Below the pieces are notes generated by a model. It was not told where the DNA came from. It made no database searches and saw nothing but the letters and a program-made list of their open reading frames with translations. The position numbers were made by a program, and so were the translations under genes. 64,000 bases of DNA from an uncultured Candidatus Saccharibacteria bacterium (GTDB lineage Bacteria; Patescibacteriota; Saccharimonadia; Saccharimonadales; Saccharimonadaceae). The stretch is taken from positions 18,484 through 82,483 of the forward strand of contig CAZVBN010000001.1 of the NCBI GenBank assembly GCA_964625845.1, in the 5' to 3' direction. Below, piece by piece: positions 9,488-17,282 of this stretch (position 1 is its first letter; every line of letters begins with the position of its first letter).

Positions 9488-10003
9488 CTAAGCATTTTCG
9501 CAATAAACTAACCCGTCGCCACCATTCTCTAGAACGGTAATTACAGCAGCCGAGCCAACCTTATACGGAACTGTGTATTCAATAACTCCGCTACTGCCCT
9601 TACATTCACTATTCAACATAATCAAAATTCTACCAGTAATCATCGACGCCTTGTAAAGTCTGTGTCCAGTTCCCAGGGTGCTAAAAATCTTAAATTTCGT
9701 CCCTTCAGTTATGCCAGATGCGTTGATATAACTAGCCATAGGAATATCTCTCTTGTCACCGACAGTAAATTCAAATTCTCGCGCCGAGCTATCCATACCA
9801 GACCAGCTAGGCAATCTACCGCCATTATTCGACCTGTAATTGTTTACCGCGCTTACTGCCATCGAAACATTATTTTTATACTGCTGATTGCGCTGAGAAC
9901 GCTGAAGAGCCGGCAAAGCCAAGAACACCATCAAAAAAATCAAGCCTGCAATCGCCAAAACAAGAACTACTTCAATGATCGTGAAACCTTTTTTATTTTT
10001 CAT
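9488..10003 (-). CDS. Type IV pilin-like protein, paralog
   Basis: MKNKKG|FTIIEVVLVLAIAGLIFLMVFLALPALQRSQR, identical over about 35 aa to the neighbouring pilin. The start could also be the ATG at 10015. The track Met at 10039 lies inside the -10 box. Confidence 0.75.
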   Translation of the reverse strand: MKNKKGFTIIEVVLVLAIAGLIFLMVFLALPALQRSQRNQQYKNNVSMAVSAVNNYRSNNGGRLPSWSGMDSSAREFEFTVGDKRDIPMASYINASGITEGTKFKIFSTLGTGHRLYKASMITGRILIMLNSECKGSSGVIEYTVPYKVGSAAVITVLENGGDGLVYCENA

Positions 10004-10030
10004 AATACCTTTCATTAAGCTTATGATTAT

Positions 10031-10059
10031 ATTATACAAACCACTCTAAAATTTGTCAA
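10031..10059 (-). promoter_or_regulatory. Promoter of the proximal pilin gene
   Basis: Minus strand reads a perfect TTGACA-17-TATAAT with a TG just upstream of the -10. Confidence 0.55.
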
Positions 10060-10514
10060 TATTTCTTCTTTGGGTGCTTGTCGATAGCTGTTTTTCCTTG
10101 CTTTAAGGCCTTCTCGCCCTTTTCGGTCAAAAAATATCCCCGCGTTTTAAAGATTCTCTCGAGTTCGCGCGCAGAAAATTCAACCTCCATCAAATCCAAA
10201 AGTCCATCTCGATTTTCCTTCGACAAACCAGAAACTCCTTTTTTCGCAAGCGCGTCCTTCATGAAAGCCACCGTCGCGTGATCTTCGAGCGCATCAAAAA
10301 CATCCTGGACCCCGACAAAGCCGTTCTTGATCAGATCGCGAAGATGTTTCGGTGCGTCGATTCCGTAATCTTGCCAAAAATATTTCGGAAAAACACTTTC
10401 GTTAGTAAAAGTCCCAAAATTTATCCGCCAAAGCAAAATTATATCACCAGGAAGTAGGCCGTTGTCAAATTTAACCAAGTTTCGCGCAGGGATTTTAAAC
10501 TTTTTTGAAAACAT
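10056..10514 (-). CDS. Hypothetical protein
   Basis: 152 aa with no recognisable motif. It abuts the upstream gene with a 0-nt gap (operon member). Confidence 0.5.
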   Translation of the reverse strand: MFSKKFKIPARNLVKFDNGLLPGDIILLWRINFGTFTNESVFPKYFWQDYGIDAPKHLRDLIKNGFVGVQDVFDALEDHATVAFMKDALAKKGVSGLSKENRDGLLDLMEVEFSARELERIFKTRGYFLTEKGEKALKQGKTAIDKHPKKKY

Positions 10515-11123
10515 TTAACCGTTCCCGTAGCGCTTTTGCGAAACGTGCTCGTCGTCGCGTGGAGCTTCAAATCCGGCGTATTTTTTATCTAGAGCTGCGA
10601 TCACTTTTCGCACTAACTCTTCTGGATTTTCATCATAAATAATATCTTTCATGCCAGGCGCCCAGATATTTTCGAGCAAAGTTGGAACATAATCCGCCAG
10701 CGCGCCAGAACCAAGCAGCACGCCACAGACTTTTCCAGATTCAAGCGCTGTAGCAAGCTCGTGAAGAGAGCCCATGCGGCCGCCAACAGTAATCACGGCA
10801 TCGCTCGAAAGCACCAAGTGTGTGTCGCGGCCAACGTAATCCATGCCAGTGAAATTTATATAATCAAACGGCTTGACTGGCAAGCGATAAGTTTTGACGT
10901 GCTGACGAAAGCTCGAAGCTGGCGAAAAACCAACGCTCAAACCTTTGCGCCCCTTTACACTCACCGCACCCATCGCCGCAAAATGCGGCAAACCAACCGT
11001 CGCGCCCGTCGTTAGAGTTTTACCTTGGCGAGCAATTTCTTGCCCTAAACGAAACGCCAACTCTTTTGACGCATTAACACTTTCACCCGAGGCTGCCCCG
11101 GAAACACAAATCTGATATCTCAT
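10515..11123 (-). CDS. TIGR00725 / LOG-family (Rossmann, lysine-decarboxylase-like) protein
   Basis: 202 aa. VSGAASG...TGATVGLPHFAAMGA and VITVGGRMGSLHELATAL resemble the LOG PGGxGTxxE motif. Confidence 0.65.
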   Translation of the reverse strand: MRYQICVSGAASGESVNASKELAFRLGQEIARQGKTLTTGATVGLPHFAAMGAVSVKGRKGLSVGFSPASSFRQHVKTYRLPVKPFDYINFTGMDYVGRDTHLVLSSDAVITVGGRMGSLHELATALESGKVCGVLLGSGALADYVPTLLENIWAPGMKDIIYDENPEELVRKVIAALDKKYAGFEAPRDDEHVSQKRYGNG

Positions 11124-11590
11124 TTTTCTCCTTTAAATAATTTTTGCTTGATTTTTTCTGTAGAATATTGCGGAAGTTTTTGATGAAATTTTTGTGCAAT
11201 TTCGGCTTGAAATTCTCCTATAAAATTATCAAAAACTTGATTTTTTGCGCTAATATTTTGCGATAAATCCTGGAAATTCGCCGAGACAATTCCGTCGCTC
11301 GCCAAAATCAATTTTGCGCGGTTTTTTCGCCAAAAATCGTCCGAACCTTCGACGACCTGATCGCCGAGCAGCTTGTTTTTAAGCGCCGAGAAAGCTTCTT
11401 CCGCCACAACGTCGCCGTCCAAAAAGCCGAGTTCGCGGGTAATTTTGTGCGAATTCTGATAGATTTCCGCCACAATTCGCGCCGAAACGCTGCCACCGCT
11501 GGCGATTTTGGCTTCCAAAAGGTCAATTTCTCGCAAAAACGCCCGCGCGCTCGCCCCTTTCAGCCCCAAAAAATCCGTTAATTTATACAT
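11120..11590 (-). CDS. Hypothetical protein
   Basis: 156 aa with no recognisable motif. It overlaps both neighbours by 4 and 8 nt. Confidence 0.5.
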   Translation of the reverse strand: MYKLTDFLGLKGASARAFLREIDLLEAKIASGGSVSARIVAEIYQNSHKITRELGFLDGDVVAEEAFSALKNKLLGDQVVEGSDDFWRKNRAKLILASDGIVSANFQDLSQNISAKNQVFDNFIGEFQAEIAQKFHQKLPQYSTEKIKQKLFKGEK

Positions 11591-12554
11591 TCAACTCCTT
11601 CTCGTACATTGGCATGGAATGAAACTCCACATCGCGACGCAAAATGCCTTTTTTCGCACCAACAAACTGAATTACAGATGTCGAATTGGCACTAGCAAAC
11701 AGCAAAGCCGGCTTGAGCGGTGCACCTTGCGCCCACTGACTAACAAATCCCGAACCAAAAGCGTCGCCAGCACCGGTCGCATCCACTCGCGCGACATCTT
11801 CATACATTCCAGCTCGCACCAAAGTTTTGCCGTCGCTTGCCCAAACACCATTTGGTCCGTCGGTAATCAAAATCGTTTTCACCAAATTTAACGCCCGCAA
11901 AATCAATTCTTCGCATTCAAAATCGCCAAAAAGCATCCGCGCTTCTTCTTTGTTGACGATCAGTACGGCGACATCTTCGAGCAAACCGCGCACAATTTCG
12001 GGCTTTTGAAGTTCTTTTTTGCCGGGATTCCACGCAATTTTCGCGCCTTTTTTGGTTGCTTCGGTGAAAATCTCCGCAATCGTGTCAGTTCTGCCGGCTA
12101 AATTTGAAACATAAATCCAGTCAAATTCGCCTTGATCAAGGTGAAAATTATGTGCAAAAATCTGCGAACTAGCGCCACGATAAGTCAAAATCGTCCGCTC
12201 GCCATTTGGCGCGAGAATAATCGTCGAATAATCTGTGTTGTATTTTTGCGAAATCTCCACGCGTGAAGTTTCAATAAAATCAGCGTCCAAACTCTCCAAA
12301 ATCTGCCGCCCAGCGAGGTCGTCACCAACCGCGCCCATAAAACTTGCACGCAAACCTTGTCGCGAAAAAGTTGTCGCAGCATTCGTCGCGCCGCCACCTG
12401 TCGCAAAATGAATCTTATTGACGTCGATTTTTGAGCCAAGTTCGAGCTCCACTAATTCGTGAGTTGCGTCAATTTTTTTCGAGCTTAATTCTGGAGAATT
12501 TTCCAAAAAAACATCTTGCGTCGCCGCACCAATCGCCAAAATCTTCGGAGCCAC
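11583..12554 (-). CDS. PfkB-family carbohydrate/nucleoside kinase
   Basis: 323 aa. GGGATNAA motif and C-terminal DATGAGDAFGSGF (PfkB signature 2). Confidence 0.85.
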   Translation of the reverse strand: MAPKILAIGAATQDVFLENSPELSSKKIDATHELVELELGSKIDVNKIHFATGGGATNAATTFSRQGLRASFMGAVGDDLAGRQILESLDADFIETSRVEISQKYNTDYSTIILAPNGERTILTYRGASSQIFAHNFHLDQGEFDWIYVSNLAGRTDTIAEIFTEATKKGAKIAWNPGKKELQKPEIVRGLLEDVAVLIVNKEEARMLFGDFECEELILRALNLVKTILITDGPNGVWASDGKTLVRAGMYEDVARVDATGAGDAFGSGFVSQWAQGAPLKPALLFASANSTSVIQFVGAKKGILRRDVEFHSMPMYEKELNV

Positions 12555-13216
12555 TAGATCGCTCCTTTTCGGTTGATTTCGTTAACCATTTGGCGATAAA
12601 CTTGCTCCGGCTCTGGGCTGTTCGCGATCGCACCACCAACATTTACCACATTTACGCCAGATTGAGTCAGGTTGAACACATTCGAAAGATTCGCGCCGCC
12701 GTCCCAGCCAATTTCGACATTGTCGTTAATAGCCTTAACTAATCGAATTTTTTCGAGCTGCATCATGCTGGCTTTTCCGCCATATTCGCCAAGATTTCCC
12801 GAAAAAATCAACACATGTTCGGCTTCTCTGATCGCATCAGCATAAAGTTCCGGCACAGTTGATCGCAAAAGCGCAATTCCCGGCTTGATCAGCGTTTCAG
12901 CTTTCAATTTCCGAAAAATCGGCACGAGATCCTCTTCACATTCAGCATGAAAAATCACCATGTTTGGATTCATCTGGATAATCGTCGAAAGATGCTCGCT
13001 CGGACGCGCCACCATCATATGAATGTCGGCTTTCCACTCTTTTGGCCACCAAACTTGCGTTTCTGGCACGGTTAAATTTTGCGCAAATTCGCCATCAGTA
13101 ACATCAATATGAACATGCTCCGCGAAGCCGTGGAGCCTGCTGATTTGCGCTTCGTAATCTTCTGGATTTGTTGCTAAAATTGCTGGTGCGATAATCGCCA
13201 TTTTATACCTCGTCAA
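12554..13216 (-). CDS. rpe: Ribulose-phosphate 3-epimerase family protein
   Basis: 220 aa. TIM-barrel epimerase pattern: IAPAILA..., HIDVTDGEF, MVIFH, GWDGG. Confidence 0.7.
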   Translation of the reverse strand: MTRYKMAIIAPAILATNPEDYEAQISRLHGFAEHVHIDVTDGEFAQNLTVPETQVWWPKEWKADIHMMVARPSEHLSTIIQMNPNMVIFHAECEEDLVPIFRKLKAETLIKPGIALLRSTVPELYADAIREAEHVLIFSGNLGEYGGKASMMQLEKIRLVKAINDNVEIGWDGGANLSNVFNLTQSGVNVVNVGGAIANSPEPEQVYRQMVNEINRKGAI

Positions 13217-13658
13217 TCATTTTATTTCGTCGAATAAATCTTGGGGCGGCCGCGAAAGGTGTTTCGAGCCAAACTTTCAGAACGTCTTTTAGTTCGGCTT
13301 CATTTTCTGGAGCGTCAAAAACGCGAGCGGGCAAGCACAAAACATTCGAATCGTTGTCGTTGCGCGTCCATTTCGCTTCTTCTGTATCCCAAACAACAGA
13401 TGCGCGAATCCCTTTGAAACGGTTCGCCGCCATGCCCATCCCCTGAGCGCCACCGCAAAGCAAAATCGCTCGCGGGTCGGCGTCGTCAGAGGTTTGAATT
13501 TTTGCCACCGCTCTGTGCGCAAAAATTGGAAAGTCGTCGTTTGGGTCGTATTTTTCGCCACTAACATCTTCAAAATCGTAGCCATTCGCGCGCAAAAAAT
13601 CTTCAACTTTCTCTTTCAAGAAAAATCCTCGGTGATCTGCTCCAATAAAAATCTTCAT
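13203..13658 (-). CDS. rpiB: Ribose-5-phosphate isomerase B (RpiB/LacA/LacB family)
   Basis: 151 aa. MKIFIGADHRGF..., LLCGGAQGMGMAANR. Confidence 0.85.
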   Translation of the reverse strand: MKIFIGADHRGFFLKEKVEDFLRANGYDFEDVSGEKYDPNDDFPIFAHRAVAKIQTSDDADPRAILLCGGAQGMGMAANRFKGIRASVVWDTEEAKWTRNDNDSNVLCLPARVFDAPENEAELKDVLKVWLETPFAAAPRFIRRNKMIDEV

Positions 13659-13666
13659 CTCAAACC

Positions 13667-14674
13667 TTAAACATTTGCGGCGACATCAGCGGTGAGTTCA
13701 ATCAACCGATTCGAATATCCCCATTCATTATCATACCAAGCCACAACTTTTACCAAGTTGCCAGCCACCACGTTCGTTAGCGCTAAATCGACCACGCAAG
13801 AGTGAGAATTCCCCTTAAAATCGCTCGAAACAAGCGGTTCGTCAGTCACACCCAAAATACCCTGATAAAAAGGCTGTTTAGCGGCGCGACGAAAAACTTC
13901 GTTGATTTCGTCGATAGAAACATTTCGTCGAAGAACTGCCGTAATATCCGAAAGTGAAACCGTCGGAGTTGGAACGCGCACACTCAAACCGTCGAATTTC
14001 CCTTCAAGCGCAGGAATAACTTTCGCTGTAGCGATTGCCGCACCAGTAGTTGTCGGCACGATGTTTTCAGCCGCACTTCGCGCTTCACGCAAATCTTTTG
14101 CTGGTGCATCCAAAAGTCGCTGGCTGGCAGTGTACGAATGAACAGTAGTCATCATTGATTTTTCGATGCCAAATTCGCGCTCCAAAACAGCCATAACTGG
14201 CGCGATACAGTTTGTCGTACAGCTGGCATTGCTGATGATTTCGTCTTCTCGGGTCAAAGTGTTTTCATTGACGCCAAGCACGATAAACTTCGCACCTTCA
14301 CCTTTGGCTGGCGCAGAAATCACGACTTTTTTCGCGCCGGCGTTGATGTGCGCGCGTGCCTTCGCTGGATCGACAAACAAACCAGTCGCCTCAATCACGA
14401 CGTCGATTTCGAGTTGATTCCAAGGCAAATTCGCAGGATCTTTTTCGGCAAAAACACGAATTTCTTTTCCATCAACAACAATCGAATTTTCGTTAAAAGA
14501 AACTTCTCGATGATAATTTCCATAAGTTGAGTCGTGTTTTAACAGATAAGCCAGAGTTTTTGTGTCGGTCAAATCGTTGATCGCCGCAATCTCGATATCA
14601 CTTCGCTCAAAAGCCAGCTTGAAAGCGTTTCGACCAATTCGACCAAAACCGTTAATTGCAATTTTTTTAGACAT
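13667..14674 (-). CDS. gap: Glyceraldehyde-3-phosphate dehydrogenase
   Basis: 335 aa. INGFGRIGR, active site SCTTNC, WYDNEWGYS. AGGAG SD upstream. Confidence 0.95.
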   Translation of the reverse strand: MSKKIAINGFGRIGRNAFKLAFERSDIEIAAINDLTDTKTLAYLLKHDSTYGNYHREVSFNENSIVVDGKEIRVFAEKDPANLPWNQLEIDVVIEATGLFVDPAKARAHINAGAKKVVISAPAKGEGAKFIVLGVNENTLTREDEIISNASCTTNCIAPVMAVLEREFGIEKSMMTTVHSYTASQRLLDAPAKDLREARSAAENIVPTTTGAAIATAKVIPALEGKFDGLSVRVPTPTVSLSDITAVLRRNVSIDEINEVFRRAAKQPFYQGILGVTDEPLVSSDFKGNSHSCVVDLALTNVVAGNLVKVVAWYDNEWGYSNRLIELTADVAANV

Positions 14675-14753
14675 TTCGTCTCCTTTTTCTATTTTATAAA
14701 ATTCCTGCTTCTATTTTAACATAAGCTTGATAAAAAATCCAGCAAAAACGCTA

Positions 14754-14782
14754 TTGTTTTTCGAAAAAGATTATGATAAAAT
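14754..14782 (+). promoter_or_regulatory. Candidate promoter for the small secreted-protein gene
   Basis: TTGTTT-17-TAAAAT, about 60 nt upstream of the ATG at 14843. Confidence 0.4.
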
Positions 14783-14842
14783 TAAATTGCGTTGATTTTT
14801 CTCACGAAAAATTCAATAGCTCTTTACAAGGAGGGTTTTCCT

Positions 14843-15232
14843 ATGAAAATCAGAAAAATTATCACAAAAGGCTTATTGGCTACTTCTATTCTTGGAGTCG
14901 CTGCCACACTATCAAACACCGCCTATACAGCTAGCGGAAACGTGTTTGACGGAAACGAGCGAGAAATCGTCGGAATGTGGGTTGAAGTAAAAGGTGGTAC
15001 ATCTGGATGGGCTAGCCTAACCAGCATAAACGGCGCCAAACATAACAAGAGGTGGTCATATAACACCCAAGGTAAGTCGTATCAGGTTCATGTTTGTATT
15101 GAAGGTACTCCTAAACGATGGGGAGCTAACATAAAATCCGGCTGGGTCTCAAACCAAGGCAACAACATTCAAATTAACACCGCAAGACATTGGCTATTCG
15201 GGAATCAAATACTCGTAACACCATCTAGATAA
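14843..15232 (+). CDS. Small secreted protein, unknown function
   Basis: 129 aa counted from the ATG preceded by AAGGAGGG. Signal peptide MKIRKIITKGLLATSILGVAATLSNTAYTA, then a Trp/Gly/Asn-rich mature part. It uses TTA/CTA/TCA/ATA/AGA codons that neighbouring genes avoid. Confidence 0.6.
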   Translation: MKIRKIITKGLLATSILGVAATLSNTAYTASGNVFDGNEREIVGMWVEVKGGTSGWASLTSINGAKHNKRWSYNTQGKSYQVHVCIEGTPKRWGANIKSGWVSNQGNNIQINTARHWLFGNQILVTPSR

Positions 15233-15297
15233 TTTTCATCTCCAAAATCCTAAGCATGATTCGAAACTGCTTCTTTTTTAAAATAAGGAGAAGTTAT

Positions 15298-15525
15298 ATG
15301 TCAAAAAATACAAAAAAATACAACCTTTTTTCTATCCTAACAATAATCAATACTGTAGCAATTATTATCTTGTTCGTATTTTGCTTTATTGAATTTAAAA
15401 ATATTTTCGAGAAAAACCTATCAACTCAACATGTTGACACTCAGCAAAATCAGAGAATCAGCTGCCTCGAAGACGGCGATAAAAATAGTCAATCTTGCCA
15501 AAATACAGAAAGCATCAAAAAATAA
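15298..15525 (+). CDS. Small single-pass membrane protein with a Cys-containing tail
   Basis: 75 aa from the ATG preceded by AAGGAGAAG. TM helix LFSILTIINTVAIIILFVFCFI, then a polar tail with three Cys (C-x10-C-x2-C spacing). Confidence 0.45.
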   Translation: MSKNTKKYNLFSILTIINTVAIIILFVFCFIEFKNIFEKNLSTQHVDTQQNQRISCLEDGDKNSQSCQNTESIKK

Positions 15526-15549
15526 CCCTCAAAGGGTTATTTTATTTTC
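15524..15549. terminator. Hairpin terminator shared by convergent genes
   Basis: AACCCT-CAA-AGGGTT followed by TTTTATTTT. It overlaps the rel stop codon. Confidence 0.5.
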
Positions 15550-17125
15550 GAATTTTCTCCGCCCGCTTCCTTGCTTGCACGGCCGAAGAATTCTTAATCG
15601 GCTCAATCAACCCCTGTCGCTTCAGCTGGCTTCGAAGTTTCATTCTCGCGTGAGAAGTTTTTACCAAATCGAGCCAATCGGCTTTCGGCAAAGAAGTTTT
15701 TCGCGTCATTACCTCCACAACATCACCTTCGCGAAGCGGTTTGTCGAAAGCGTGAATTTTGTCATTGATGCGAAAAGCATAAGCGTGTTTACCGATGTCG
15801 CTGTGAACCATATACGCAAAATCGAGCGGCAGCGCGCCTTCTGGCAGATTGTAAATATCACCTTTCGGCGAATAGACAAAAATTCGGTTTCCAAAAATAT
15901 CAATCTGAAGTTGCTCCGGATCGATTTCTTCGCCGTCGCGGAGCCTTTGCGCCACATCTTGAAGCTGAACAATCCATTGAAGCTCGTTCGAAAGTCCAGC
16001 ATTTCCCTTTATTTCGAGTCGCGAACCGTTGGCGTTGCGCATTTTTGAAGTCGCGCCAGAAATGTAATCTTTGCTGTTTTTTTGCTCGTTATAATGAAAA
16101 CTCGCCGCCAGTCCGCGCTCAGCAAATTCGTGCATTTCTTCTGTCCGAATCTGAAACTCCGCGATCAATTTCGAAGGTGTAATAACAGTAGTATGAAGCG
16201 AGCGGTAACCGTTCGGTTTCGGCATCGAAATGTAATCCTTAATTCGGTGAATCATTGGCTGATAAATCGTGTGGAGAATTCCAAGCACACGGTAGCAGTC
16301 CTCTTTGTTTTTCACGATAATTCGAAGCGCCATCAAATCATAAACTCGATCGATATCACCGCCAGTTTTTTCTAATTTACGATGAAGCGAATAAATGCTC
16401 TTTACGCGGCCAGAAATCTCGAACTTGATGCCAGCTTTTCGAAGCTCACCCTCCACTTCTTCGCGCACTTTTCCGAGTCGGCGGGTGCTTTTGCCGAGCC
16501 GCTTGCGCATTTCGTTTTGAAGTCGGCGATATTCTGCTGGATTCAGATACGAAAAAGCCGTTTCTTCGATCATCATTCGCACGCGCCCCATTCCGAGCCT
16601 GTCGGCAATTTTAGCAAAAACATCCAGACTTTCGCGAGCGATTTTTTGCTGTTTTTCTGGCGACATATGTGTTAGCGTTTGAACATTATGAAGTCTATCG
16701 GCAAGCTTAATAATAATCACGCGAACATCTTGCCCAACCGCAATCAAGAGCTTCGAAAGATTATCTTTGGTCTGCGGAAGGTAGGTTTCGAGATTTTCCA
16801 TGCCGCTACGAGCTTTGCCGACCTTTGTCACGCCATCCACCAAAAAAGCAATATCTTTGCCAAAAGTATGTTCGATCTCTTCAAGCGGCGTTTCGGTATC
16901 TTCAACCACATCATGAAGAACTCCCGCGACAACCGAGTCGATATCCATTCCCCATTCGATCAAATAACCCGCAACTTTAAGCGGATGAGTGATGTAAGCT
17001 TCCCCAGATTTACGAAACTGCCCTTCGTGCTTTTCCGTAGCAAAATCAATCGCCGTCTCTAGATCCGCGACTTCGGATTCTTCGTAATTCTTTTTTGCCA
17101 ATTCGAGGAGTTCGCCTTTTTCCAT
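15542..17125 (-). CDS. rel: Bifunctional (p)ppGpp synthetase/hydrolase, short form ending after the TGS domain
   Basis: 527 aa. HD hydrolase domain (HPLKVA...HDVVEDT), synthetase motif (DYISMPKPNGYRSLHTTV), and TGS (IFVYSPKGDIYNLPEGALPLDFAY). Only about 65 aa follow. Confidence 0.92.
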   Translation of the reverse strand: MEKGELLELAKKNYEESEVADLETAIDFATEKHEGQFRKSGEAYITHPLKVAGYLIEWGMDIDSVVAGVLHDVVEDTETPLEEIEHTFGKDIAFLVDGVTKVGKARSGMENLETYLPQTKDNLSKLLIAVGQDVRVIIIKLADRLHNVQTLTHMSPEKQQKIARESLDVFAKIADRLGMGRVRMMIEETAFSYLNPAEYRRLQNEMRKRLGKSTRRLGKVREEVEGELRKAGIKFEISGRVKSIYSLHRKLEKTGGDIDRVYDLMALRIIVKNKEDCYRVLGILHTIYQPMIHRIKDYISMPKPNGYRSLHTTVITPSKLIAEFQIRTEEMHEFAERGLAASFHYNEQKNSKDYISGATSKMRNANGSRLEIKGNAGLSNELQWIVQLQDVAQRLRDGEEIDPEQLQIDIFGNRIFVYSPKGDIYNLPEGALPLDFAYMVHSDIGKHAYAFRINDKIHAFDKPLREGDVVEVMTRKTSLPKADWLDLVKTSHARMKLRSQLKRQGLIEPIKNSSAVQARKRAEKIRK

Positions 17126-17131
17126 AAATAT

Positions 17132-17159
17132 ATTATACGCCGATTTTTGAAAAAATCAA
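17132..17159 (-). promoter_or_regulatory. rel promoter, leaderless configuration
   Basis: Minus strand reads TTGATT-16-TATAAT-6 nt-ATG (17125). Confidence 0.45.
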
Positions 17160-17172
17160 CCGCGTTAACGAG

Positions 17173-17201
17173 TTGACTATTCAGGTAAATCGTGTTAAAA
17201 T
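17173..17201 (+). promoter_or_regulatory. Promoter of the 478-aa orphan gene
   Basis: TTGACT-17-TAAAAT with TGT immediately upstream of the -10. An AAAGGAGGA SD lies at 17269-17277. Confidence 0.55.
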
Positions 17202-17282
17202 ATTATTCAATCGCAAGATCGAACATTCAAAAATAAGCTATTTGATACTGATCTTCGAAATTCTTAAAAAGGAGGACTAAAG

